Shown one piece after another: positions 39,452 to 50,839 of a DNA stretch of 64,000 bases; positions within the stretch are counted from its first letter, which is position 1, and each line of letters begins with the position of its first letter. This stretch comes from Camelus dromedarius (Eukaryota): assembly GCF_036321535.1 (NCBI RefSeq), contig NC_087459.1, forward strand, positions 28,954,001-29,018,000. The letters are read 5' to 3'. The notes below the pieces were generated by a model, which saw only the letters and a program-made list of their open reading frames with translations, was not told the origin of the DNA and did not search any database. Both the position numbers and the translations under genes were made by a program.

Positions 39452-39810
39452 TGTATGAGTGTTCTGGAGCTGCCGTAACAAATTTCCACCAACTCGGTGG
39501 CTGAAAACAACAGAAATTCATTCTCTCAGGGTTCTGGAAACCAGAAGTTGGCAATCAGTTTCACTGAGCTGAAATCAAGGTGTGAGCAAAGCTGTGCTCC
39601 CTTCAGGACCTCTAAAGGAGAATCTGTTCCTGCGTCATCCAGCCTCTGGTGGGCGCACCACTCCAATCTCTGCCTTTGTCACATTGTCCCTTTTTCTTCT
39701 GTATCAAGTCTCCTGCTGCTTCCCTCTTTTAAAGACACTTGGGATTGGACCTGACATCTTTGGCAGATCATCATTACACCAGCCTTCCCCCAAATACACA
39801 GGTAAGTGTT
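39452..39810 (-). mobile_element. MaLR LTR (MLT1-like)
   Basis: gctgccgtaacaaatttccaccaactcggtggctgaaaacaacagaaattcattctctca...gttctgga is the antisense MLT1 3' end. Confidence 0.75.
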
Positions 39811-40126
39811 GATCACTTAATCTTATGAGTTGTGGTAATCAGCCAGGAGAGGAGTTGAGAAGTAGGAGGAAGGGTCTCAGGAGCAGTTCTAGGCCATAAC
39901 TCTCAGTAGCCTCCAGGCAGGCCCACCTGGGGTCAGGGTAGGGGGCAGCAGGAAAGACCAGAGGGGATGACTGCCTTTCTCCCCAAGCTGCGCAAGCAGA
40001 ACTTAGCTAAAGGCTTCCTTCATGCCACTTGCTCTGCTCTCAGGTTAAGAAGCACTAGGGATTGTGTGTAAGAGCCTGGGCAGTCAGACAGACCTGGGTT
40101 TAGACTGAGGCCTCACCACTTACTAG

Positions 40127-40307
40127 CTGTGGTTCTCAGAGTGTGGACCAGCAGCCAGCAGCATCAGCATCTCCTGGGTGTTTATTAGAAATGCAGTTTC
40201 TAGGGCCGCACCACAGACGTACTGAATCAGAAACTGAGGGGAGCACACCATTGTGTTCAGCAGCCCTCCAGGAGATCCTGATACCCGCTGGAGTTTGAAA
40301 ACCACTG
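40127..40307. mobile_element. MER5A hAT-Charlie MITE
   Basis: Terminal inverted repeats ctgtggttctcaga / tttgaaaaccactg; internal gcagcatcagcatc...ttattagaaatgcag. Confidence 0.8.
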
Positions 40308-43300
40308 TTTTAGATTCCTCCTTTAAATTTTTTGTTTACAGCAAACACACAGTGATTGGTAGGATTAACCAAAGTTACGTTCACAGAGGACTTACTGCAG
40401 TGCCTGGATCTTCAGAGTAGGTGCTCAGTGCATATTTGTGGGATGAATGAAAGCTTTAAAATGAGTGATGGAATACCATTGGTGAGGTTTCATTCGCTCA
40501 GCAAACATTTACTGAGTGCTAGGTCCTGCCTGGGGCGATTTTACAGGTGATTCACTCCAGTCCAGCCCACAATTGAGAGGGTAAATTGATAGTCCCAGCG
40601 CAGGGTGAGAAGTGCTCCAGCTGAGGGGTGTTCAGATGGGTTGAGGGAGGCCGAAGATGGAAGGAAGGAAGGAAACCATTGTTGATTTAGGTGCTCTCAC
40701 ACATGCATTATCTTTTAGATCTAAGAAAAGCATTCGAGTGTAGTTCATTTCCTATACCTGCTTGCTGTGTGACTTTGAGCAAATCACTTGGCCTCTGTAT
40801 GCGGCTATATTTCCCCATCTGCAGAATGGGAATAATACCACTGAGTTTTGTTTCAAGCAGCTAGCACAAGCCCTAGGGGATAGTAGGTTCTGAAAGATGA
40901 TATATATCTTCCTGTAATCCTCCCAGCAATCCTGTGATATAGTGTTATATTCACTTTTGAAAATACAGAAGGAGCTAAACATGCTAGAAACCTAGGCCAA
41001 GGTCAGTTACTGCAGTCTGGCCCAAACTTTAGCATTGAGCTCCCTGGCAGCTATGGCAGAGAAGGAAAAGTGATGGTTACCAGGAGAGTTGTTTAATTTA
41101 CAGAACAAAAGGAGACCACCCAGCAATTTGGGGGACCCTAAACAGGGCTACCCCAAGGCTGGCTCTACCTGCCCTCTCTCCTGCTCCACTTCCCAGCGAG
41201 TGGGGGTGGTTGGCTTGTCAGAAGCAGAATTGTTTCAGTGAAGGCCCCACTTGACTCACAAGTCTGATCAGATTCAAGGGGAGGGGACATAGACCCTGCC
41301 TCTCAATGGAAGGACTCTCAAAGAAATTTTGACCAATTAAAAAAAATCATATCACTTGATATCCCAGGTTGTCAGAATTAGGATAGTGTTTAAAACCTGA
41401 AAAGGGTAGTTTCCTCTTATTTGACAAATATTTATTTTCTTTCCCTGTGGTGGTCCTGTGCTGGGCTCTGGGGAACATGGCCACCCCCTTGTCTGAGCAT
41501 CAGTGGCAGAGTGGGTGTGGGGAGAGGAAGGGTGGGGCCCCACGCAGGCTGGTGCCCTGGGCTCAGGTCCTGGCTCTGCACTTACCAGCTGGTGACCCTG
41601 GGTCCGTTTTCTCATGAGCTCTAAGATCCCCTCTGTGTTACAGTTTTTAGGAGAGGGCTCGGTCTGTGCCTGGGCACCTCTTGAGGGCAGCTTGGGGGAG
41701 GTGGGGACAGTGTAGGGGTAGAGATACAGGTTGAGATAAAGGGGGAGGGTTCGGGGAGCTGGCTTGAGCTTTGGACAAGGGAGAGTGGTGGTCTGCGGAG
41801 GCTGGGGCCCCTTGTCCCAGTAGTTTGGGGGAGAAGAGTCCTGTTGCCCCACCCAAGCTTCCCACAGCCTCAGCTGTGGGTACCAGTGAGCTGCAAGCCA
41901 TGTTTCCTTCTCCACCATCTTGAAACCTTCTTGCAGCCTCAGGACCAAGGCAGGACTTCAGAGCTTCAGTTCCCTCTCAGGCCTTCTCCCTTTCACCCCC
42001 AGCCCTGGTCTCTCCTCAGTTTCTGTACAGCTGCCCAAGCTGAGGTTATTGCTGGGGACTGTGGTCACCACCTGTTGGTCACTTCGTGATGTGCCAGCCC
42101 CCAGTTCCTTGTCTCTGCCCCCTTGACTCCCATCTCTCCTCTGCCTAGGGCACCTCTCACTCCTACCTGGCAACTTTCTGTTTCCCGTCCCTTCCAGCCT
42201 CCCCCTTCCTCTCCTTCCCCTGCCCCTACCTGGCCTTTTCCTGTTGGATTGGCATTTGGCAGATGGTGCTGGGGCTATTGCAGAGAGTGGAGTCCGAGGG
42301 ACTCTGATCCTTCTCTTCCACTAGCCATCCTCAGGCCGTGAAAGGACCTCACACGAGCATCTCCTTGTCTGATCTAGAGGCTTCCACAAAATCATCCTTC
42401 ATCCCTGAGGTCCCCCAGCATATCCTGTGTGCCCACCCTCACTGAGTAACAGACAGTCCCCATCCCATTTTTTTGAGGCCCTGACTCCCTGCCAGGGAGA
42501 GATCTGTCTGGACCTGTACCCCAGGGTAAGGCCAGCAGTTTATCACATGTCCCTCTGCATAGTTGAATTCCCCCTACCCATGGCCCCATCTTCCTGGTTT
42601 ATGGCCACGTGTTTAACAGCTCTAACTCCACCCACGTTGCTCACCTTGTCTTTATCACCTTTCTTAAAGTAGTTTTTGACCAGCTTCTCCCCAGGCTCTT
42701 TTAAGCCCTAACCAACTAGCACCAACTTCTATTCCCCACATTGACATCAAAGACATCCCTTCCCCAGCAAGCGCAGGACCCCTCAGTCCAATATGCTCCC
42801 CTTTGCTGAGCCCAGTTCCACTGAATTCTCTACACCTCCAACCCTGAAAATCTATTTCTTTCTGTTTTCCTGGCTTCATCCAATTTCTCCTTCTTCTACC
42901 CCACCCACACTGTGACATCTTCCGAATGAGACCTTCCCTACCCTCAGCTCTCCTTCCTCCCAGAAGCTGGCCTCATCCCATATCCCTGGAGACTGAGACA
43001 TAAGGGGTGTCTTCCTGGCTCTCCTGTTCCTTTCCTTGCTGCTAGAGGGGCCAGGCCAAGGGCCTCGGGGTCAGTGTTTTGTCCTGCACCTGGACCTATG
43101 CCCTCCCCTCTGGATCTCGGGCTGTTCTTTCTGGGCTGAGATTAAGGAGTGGTGGGCTCAGGCCTGACCTTCTGCTGGTTGTGGGGGTGGGGGAGCAGTG
43201 TGGGTTTACCCCACCAACTCCTGAGATTTGGTAGATGGGAAAGCACACTGGGGCTGAGAGCCTGGATGTGTGTGTAGCTGGGGGGTGAGTTACAGCTGTT

Positions 43301-45054
43301 GAAGTTCAAGTCAGTCACTCCCATTTTCCAGCACGCCCATGTGATAGGAACACAGTGTGGGGGTATCTCTGGGTTGACCCATAAGCAGCAGCCAATTCAG
43401 GAGTGGGAGATGGGAGATGAGGGGTCCCTGCACATGGGGTGGTGGTGGTTTGCTGCCTCATTTCCTTGACTTGTCTTGACCCTATTGGAGGGTGCCTTCC
43501 TGGACAGAACCTTTGCTCTTCCCCTGCCTCCTCAGCCCTGGCAGACCTTCCTAGCTGTCCTCTGCTGTGGTCCCAGCCATACCATGGATGACTGCCCTGG
43601 ATGCATCATAGTGCTACTCAGCAGCATGGTCCCTTGAAGGACCTCTGACCCTGTCCTGTCTCCTGACCCACATCAGCCCACCCATAGCAGAACCTCAGGG
43701 ATGACTCTGAATGATCCCTTCCAGCACCTAGACTTGTCTTTCCCAAACCAGGATCCAGATCTGGGGTTGCCTGGCCCAGGTGACTAAAGGGAACTTCACT
43801 ACCTGGTGGGTCTAACCCATCAAGACAGAGCCTAAGAGCCTAGAGCATGACCTCTTCCTGGGGGTCTTCTGGTGCCTCTTTCCCTCTTCCTTCAGTATCC
43901 ACTTTTCTCTCCTCTCCCACCCTCCCCTGGATGGGCGATGATTCACAGGTGGGACCTCCCCAGCGTGGAGAGTAGAGGGAGGGGCTGGCTAATGAGGGCT
44001 GGGGATGGGCACCCTCACTTGGCAATCTCAGGTAGTAGAGTCAGGGAAGCTTCTCTGATTCTCCCCTCCTTTGCTGTGAGTAGAGGGGTGTCAGTTCCTG
44101 GACCATATTTACAATTTCTCTTCTCTCTTCCCTCCTCCTGGGTTCCCCCTTCCCACCTTCTACTGCCCCCAGTCAGGGCTTGGTTTGGTGTGACATGTAA
44201 TTGGAATCCATCTTTGGCAGAAGAGGGTACAGCTCTAGAACACACTGCCAGGAGGAGTTTCTAAAGTTAAGGATAGAGAAGGAATTGTCCTCATTTAGCA
44301 GTAACTTCTTAAAGGGGGAAATTTTTTTTTTTTTTTTTTTTTTTTAGGGAAAAGCAATCCCAGGGCTCTCAGCCTGATCCAGCCAAAAAAAAAAAAAAAA
44401 AAAAAATCATAGGAAGAGTCGGGGCAGGACTGAGACCCCTCACTCCCTCACCCCCACCCACCCATCCTCATATTCATATTGTTTCTTTAAAGTCATTCGA
44501 TGAACTTTCCACTTCCTGGAGGCCCATAACATAAGCTGGCAAACAGAATGGCTTATTTTTATCTCTGTGTCCGGGCCTGGGAAGTGGTAGTGGCTAGATT
44601 TTAAGTCTGAGGAATGGAGTTTACTGAACTCACACTGAACTCACTTTCAGTAGGGCCTTTCTATCCATCAGCACAGCCAGGGCGTGGGGTGGGTGAGGCA
44701 AAGTCTCAAGTTTCAGCTCCAACACTTCCTGGGTGCCAAAGCTATCTCATCCTCCTTAAAAAAAAAAAGACAACCCCAAAAGTTTTAATCATACAAATAG
44801 TCCAATGTATATATATAAGTAAAGAAAATATTATGATAACCCCCATGGACCCATCACCCAGCTACGACAGTCCTCCACCCTTGGCTAATCTTGTTTGCTC
44901 TCTACACCCACCCTCACACACTGCCCCTCTTCCCAAACCCAACATTACTTTTAATTAAAATTTTTATTGAGATCTTGGTAAATTTGTATGTAGTTGTAAG
45001 AAATAATTCAGAAAGATCCCTTGTACACTTTCCCCCATCTTCCCCCATGATAAC

Positions 45055-45395
45055 TGCTATAGACTAAATGAATATTTGTGTCCCCTGAAGATTTATATGT
45101 TTAAATCTCATCCCCAGTGTGTTGGTATTTGGAGGTGGAGCCTTTGGGAAGTGACTAGGTGATTAGTGCCCTTATAAAGACAGCCGGGAGAGCTGCTTTG
45201 CCTCTCCCACCACGTGGGCACACTGTGACAAGATGGGTATCCATGAACCAGGAAGTGGTTCCTCATCAGACATGGAATCCGCCAGTGCCCTGACCTTGGG
45301 CTTCACAGCCTCCAGGACTGTGAGAAGTCAATTTTTGTTGTTTAGCCACCCAGTCTATAGTATTTTGTGAATAGAAGCATGAATGGACTAAAGCA
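45055..45395 (+). mobile_element. Solo MaLR LTR (MLT1A/B-like) with 5-bp target-site duplication
   Basis: TG...CA ends; flanks ATAAC (45050-45054) and GTAAC (45396-45400); internal cagcctccaggactgtgaga...ttgttgtttagccacccagtctat. Confidence 0.85.
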
Positions 45396-45757
45396 GTAAC
45401 ATTTTGCAAAACTATTCTATACTATGACAACCAGGATATTGACATTCACATAATCCACCAATCACATTCACATTTTCCAGTTTTGTACACATGTGTGTAT
45501 TAGTATTAAGTTCTATATAATTTTATTACTTGTGTAGGTTCCTGTATCCACCACCACAGTAAGGGAAACAAGCAGTTCAACACCAAAGACAAACTCTGGT
45601 GCTACCCTTTAATGACCACACCCAGCTCCCTCCCACCACCTCCCCTTCTTCCACTTCATCCCTGACACTTGGCAATCTGTCTTCCATTTCTAAATTCTTG
45701 TCATTTATAAAATGTTGTATAAATGGAACCATTCAGCATGTTAAATGTTTAAAAATG

Positions 45758-45847
45758 TTTTATTTTTTTAATAAAAGTACTGGGGATTGAACTGAGGACC
45801 TCGTGCATGCTAGGAACATGCTCTACCACTGAGCTATTTCCCTCCCC
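45758..45847 (-). mobile_element. tRNA-Ala-derived SINE (camelid Vic-1-like) nested in L1
   Basis: A-box TAGCTCAGTGG and B-box-like AGTTCAATCC, plus an A-rich tail. Confidence 0.8.
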
Positions 45848-46655
45848 TACAGTGTGTAATTTTGGGGGATGGCTTTTTTGCTCAGCATAATAACCTGGCA
45901 ATTCATTCAAGGGGTTGTGTGAATCAATAGTGTGCACCATTTGATTGCTGAGTAGTATTTGATGGTGTGGGTAAATCACAGTTTAACTCTTTACCTGTTG
46001 AAGGACATTGGGTTGTTTTCAGTTTTTGGCCATTATGAATCAAGCTGCTATGAACATTTGTGTATAGTTTTTGAAATGCCCAGAGATATGGAATTAGTTA
46101 CCACATTCTGAGGGCCAGGGGTGCTCACTGGGTCCATTATTGTTTCTAAGGGCTTTTCAGTGCACAGAATTAGTATATACTTTAAAAATTAAGCTAAAAA
46201 ACTAAGCTAAAATACAACATGGGTTAATAAGATACATCCTAAATTTAATATAGGTAATTTGCACAGCATCAGTGAGTTTATATTTGTATGTCTTCTCTCC
46301 TATTCCAATATTCCAGTTGAGATAACATCAAGATAATTATGCTCTAACCTACCCATTTTCACCTATTCCCAACAATATGACTACTGAATACAATTTAAGA
46401 TTTTATGGCAGTTTTTTTTTAATAGCAGTAAATTTTGTCCTTAGGGTAGATCTTTGGGATGTATAGCTAAATTACTTTGTTTCCAAGTCATTCAGAAGAC
46501 TTTTCTTCTGTGTAGTTAGGCTACCAACTAGATATACATTTAGATTCGTTTTTACTTTCAACTTTTAGAGACTGAGTTTTTAAAATTAATTTTTATCATA
46601 TAATCATGTAAAACATATATGTTTCCAAAGTCAGATATACAAAACAATGTATATA

Positions 46656-47108
46656 CAGATGGTCCCCGACCTTATAATGGTTTGACTTAAAATTTTTCGA
46701 CTTTATGATGGTGTGAAAGCAATAAGCATTCAGTAGAAACTGTACTTCAAATTTTAAATTTTGATCTTTCTCCCGGGCTAGTGGTATGTGGTACAATATG
46801 CTCCTGTGATGACACTGGGCAGAGGCAGTGAGCTGCAGCTTCTGGTCAGCCTTGCAGTCACTAACCATTCTGTACCCATACACTTTCAGCACAGTAGTCA
46901 ATAAATTACATGAGGTGTTCAGCACTTTATTATAAAACAGGCTTTGTGTTAGATGGTTCTGCCCAACTATAGGCTAATGTAAATGTTCTCCGCACATTTA
47001 AGGTAGGCTAAGTTATGATGTTCAGTAGGTTATCTGTATTAAATGCATTTTTGACTTTTAGGATATTTTTATCTCGACATAACCCTACCATAAGTCCAAG
47101 AAGATCTG
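46656..47108. mobile_element. Tigger2a/MER28-like Tc1-mariner deletion derivative
   Basis: Starts TA|CAGATGGTCCCCGAC and ends ...AGATCTG (inverted termini); internal ttttcgactttatgatggtgtgaaagc. Confidence 0.8.
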
Positions 47109-47849
47109 CAGTGGAGGGAATGGGCGTACTTTCCTCTTCCTGACTAGCAGGAAAGCCTCTAGTTTCACCACTGAGAGCCTCAAAACTTTTTTTTTTTCTA
47201 AAATGTGGTAACGCCATCCATTGTTGATCTTCCACAGCATTTCTTGAGAAGATAAAGGATGTGAAAAGAAACTGAAAAGTGGCACACAAACATGTCTGTT
47301 GACTAAGTATTAACCACTCTGGGAGCGCCTTAGGAGAGTTGAACCCAACTTAGTACATTTTACACAAGAAGAAAGAGGCTCACAGAACTGAGAGGACCTG
47401 CCCCCAGGAACGGCGAGAGCTCCAGTCTCCTGCCCTGCAGTCCAGGGTTCCAGGATATGTCCACAAAGCCTTTCTTTTTTAAAACTGTACTCAACATAAA
47501 CATTTATTGTTCATACAGATGAATATTTTACGGACCCCTCGAAGAGGAAAAAGTCACAAAAGGCCGTAGGGCTGAATGAGGCAGTTACCGCTCGGCCAAC
47601 CACGATCGCCCAGGGTCCTAGGACAGAGCCCAGGGTTGGGGTCAGCGAGCCACGCCCCCACTCATAGTAGGGGGGCTCCGGTCGTGGTTCAGGAATGACC
47701 GAAAGCCTGGAGATGCTGTGGAGGCATAGAGTAGGGAGGTCCGACGCGGGGGCGCTGGATCGTTAAGTTAAAGCTGTCCTATCTGGTGCCCCAACAGAAA
47801 GGACTGACACATTCCGGATTCCAGCAGAAGCCAGTTGACGTTTCGACCA

Positions 47850-48168
47850 GGCAAGGATGCCGTAACACAGGTTTCAGAAGGCGAAATGGTCCTGATGAGG
47901 ACCCGTAGGGTTTCGCCGGGCGTCAGCTCTAAAACCCCAGCCTAGAGGCGGGGCGAGGTTCTGCAGGCGGAAGCCCGCCGGGAGACAGGGGGCGGAGGAA
48001 CGGAAATGACGGTTAGGAGCATCAATGGGGCGGGGGAGGGCTTGTCTCTCCGTCCCCTTGCGTACGGTTTTCGGTAGCGGCGTCTGAGAGGGGCGGGGGA
48101 AAGGTGGCCAGTTCGAGTCCTGCGACCCTTGGCCCCCAGCGATCCCGCATTTTTGCAGACATTCCAAG
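47850..48168 (+). promoter_or_regulatory. PPP1R35 CpG-island promoter
   Basis: GC boxes and an ETS/CRE-like composite CGGAAATGACG at 48001-48011 directly upstream of the ATG. Confidence 0.65.
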
Positions 48169-49241
48169 ATGATGGGCTGTGAGAAGTCAGAGCTAGAGTC
48201 GGTGGGAGGGGGCGGGGCCTTGGCGGCCCCAGGGCCACCCCCAGAACCTCGCGCCCCGGACCCCGCAGTCCCAGTGCCCGAGCCCGGTCTGGACCTGAGC
48301 CTGAGCCTGAGCCTGAGCCCGCGGTCAGAGAGCCCTGGGCTGTCCACCCGCAGCCCGGGACAGCGGAAGGGGCGGGCGGCCCGGCGTGGCGGGGCCCGCA
48401 AGGGGCGGCAGGTGACCTAGGGGAAGGCTTGGCCGCCAGCCCGCTGACGACCCCGCGCCCGCCTCTTCACCGTCCCGCTCTCTGCTCCCAGGTCCGCTTC
48501 CGCCTGGCGCCGCCCTCCCCGGTCCGGTTCGAGCCGCCGCCGGCCGCCGCCCCACCGAGCGAGAAGCCCGCGGCGCCGAAGGACCTGGGGACGCCCTCGC
48601 AACAGAGCAGCCTGGCCCTGAGCCTCGAGCTGCAGGCCGCGCGGGCCGCAGCCGGGGGACAGTTTGATGCCGCGAAGGCCGTGGAGGAACAGCTGAGAAA
48701 GTCGTTCCAGACCCGCTGCGGCCTGGAGGAGAGCGTGGCCGAGGGTGAGGGGGGCAGGCGGCTGGCCGGGCGCGGGAGTCGGGGCGAGAGGCTCCGCTCA
48801 CCTCCGCTCCTCCCGCGGTCTCAGGGTTGAATGTGCCGCGCTCCAAGCGGCTCTTCCGGGACCTGGTGAGCCTGCAGGTACCCGAGGAACAGGTTCTGAA
48901 CGCCGCGCTGAGGGAGAAATTGGCGCTTCTGCCGCCGCAGGCCCGAGCCCCGCTCCCAAAGGTGAGGGACCTTGGCTTGAGGACCCCCCGACCCCGTTCC
49001 CCCTTCTCCCTCACTGCCGCGGGTTTTGTCCCCTCCCCGAGTGTAACCTTGCTTTGGGCTCCAACAGGAGCCGCCTGGGCCAGGGCCAGACATGACCATT
49101 TTGTGTGATCCAGATACATTATTTTATGAATCTCCACACCTGACCCTGGAAGGTTTGCCCCCTCTCCGGCTTCAACTCCGGCCCCGCCCTTCAGAGGATA
49201 CTTTTCTCATGCATCGGACACTGAGACGATGGGAAGCATAG
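48169..49241 (+). CDS. PPP1R35: Protein phosphatase 1 regulatory subunit 35 (268 aa); exons 48169-48411, 48492-48744, 48825-48961, 49068-49241
   Basis: MMGCEKSEL...; PP1-docking motif RQ|VRF; [15 protein letters not shown]; [28 protein letters not shown]; ends [16 protein letters not shown] phases 0,1,0. Confidence 0.96.
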
Positions 49242-49295
49242 ACTTGGCGGCTCCCTGGATTGCTAGTTCATATTTTTGTTTAAACTATTTATCAG

Positions 49296-49301
49296 AATAA
49301 A
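49296..49301 (+). terminator. PPP1R35 poly(A) signal AATAAA
   Basis: 54 nt after the stop codon. Confidence 0.8.
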
Positions 49302-49534
49302 GCGGTTTTGCTAACAAATGGGACTCTTCTTGGGAGCCTTAAGATAGGGTAAAGCCTCAGGTTGGAAGCTGCCAGGAAGTCAAGGTTTTGGCCCCCTTTT
49401 AAAGGAACTTGGTAGCGATGAGAAGTAGAAAACACTGCCCAAGGCGGATTTACATACCCTCCCAACCTCTTACCCTGACTTCAGTCACAGATACCACCTT
49501 TGTTTTTGATGACATCACATATTCCTTGCACGAC

Positions 49535-49626
49535 TTTATTATTATTTTAATGGAGGTACTGGGGATTGAATCCAGGACTTCGTGCATGCTAATCGTTTGC
49601 TCTACCACTGAGCTATACCCACCCCC
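49535..49626 (-). mobile_element. tRNA-Ala-derived SINE (camelid Vic-1-like)
   Basis: Same family; lies between the convergent 3' ends of PPP1R35 and MEPCE. Confidence 0.8.
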
Positions 49627-50319
49627 ACGACTTATTTCTGATCACTCTAACATGTAGGGCTCAACCTACATGTTGCACTTTGGGGGAAGCCTTTCCTCAA
49701 AACCTGGCTCAAGGAGCCTACAAGGCAGCTGCTAGCACCTAGTTAGGGAAATTACCTCCTTTTACCTTTAAGGGCCTGGCCCATCTGTATACCCCTGACC
49801 CAGGAGCGCTCAGTATTTGCTGAATGAATGTTCAAAGCTCCAGGAACACTTGACAAGCTGCAGAAGAGCTTCATGTTAATTAAATTGCCCATTAGCCTGG
49901 TTCCACACCGCAGGCACAAACAAAAGGTGGGTGGTAGGTCCCAGAGCAGGTAGGTGGCTTGGTCCAAGCGCTTCTTCTGGTTCCACTTCAACTCCACTGT
50001 TAACTCTTCCAAAGTTAGTCTTCTGCCCAAAGTTCCCACAAAAAATTTTTGTCAGTGGGTTTTTTTGGGGGGAGGGTAGATGGACTCTTCTAGTTTCACA
50101 TCAAAATTCACAATATGACCCCTTTCCCTGACCTAGGGTTCTGTATACTTGTGTACAAGTCTCACTAGCATTCAACAATGCTAACCCAACCACAGAAAAA
50201 CCTCTTCCTTAAGACTAGTCTAGGCAGACAAGATAGGTTCTACTGGGAGGTACCATTCCCACCCCCACCAAGAGAATGCTCCAGACACAGGTGTGGGGGC
50301 CACTGCCCTAAACATCAAG

Positions 50320-50325
50320 TTTATT
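50320..50325 (-). terminator. MEPCE poly(A) signal AATAAA
   Basis: TTTATT on the + strand about 515 nt past the MEPCE stop. Confidence 0.75.
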
Positions 50326-50839
50326 GTGCTGTTCTCACATTCCAAACCCAACCCCCTTTCCCAATGGGGGACAGCAGAGGGAAGGATTTTCACAGTACCT
50401 GCATGCCTCCCCACCAACTTCCCCTTTTTAACCCTCAGTCCATCTATCCGTGGTCCACTGAAACGCAGCTAGGGACAAGAGCCAAGGAGAAATGAGAATC
50501 TCTCCTTGGGAGAACAGGAGAAAAAGGCTAGAGAACTTGATACCCCCCACCTCCCGTGCCCTAGGAGAACAGAGGTCAGCAAACAGTCCATGCCATCCAG
50601 CCCAGTGGGCTAGGGGAGAGGAAGATGATGGTAACTCCAGCACAGCTGGGCTTGCTGCTTAGGTGCCAGAGATGTAGGGAAGAGGCTGGGGCAGCAACAC
50701 AGGAAAAGCTTTCGTTGCAGATCCAAGAAAGGAAACTATTTTTGGAGCCAGAAAGGAAAGACCTTGGGATACTTTCCTCTTCCCCCAGGTCCTTAGGAGC
50801 AGCAGGCAGCTTCTGCACACTTTCTGTTCAGAAGGCCAC

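Larger units (their letters stand above)
44760..46050 (-). mobile_element. Old L1 fragment hosting the MLT1 LTR and a SINE
   Basis: Antisense L1 3'UTR phrases that resume on both sides of the inserted elements. Confidence 0.6.

Noticed and set aside
41352-41948. 198-aa minus-strand ORF with vague retroviral Gag flavour (Trp/Pro-rich)
   Set aside because: No MHR, zinc knuckle, PBS or flanking LTR pair; resemblance too weak.
47874-49137. Antisense ORFs (175 and 270 aa) over PPP1R35
   Set aside because: Shadow ORFs of a GC-rich coding region.
34282-49626. tRNA-Ala(AGC)-like sequences as tRNA genes
   Set aside because: They have degenerate stems and B-boxes plus A-rich tails, and occur as four dispersed copies, so they are SINEs. 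That all four are on the - strand is not significant at n=4.
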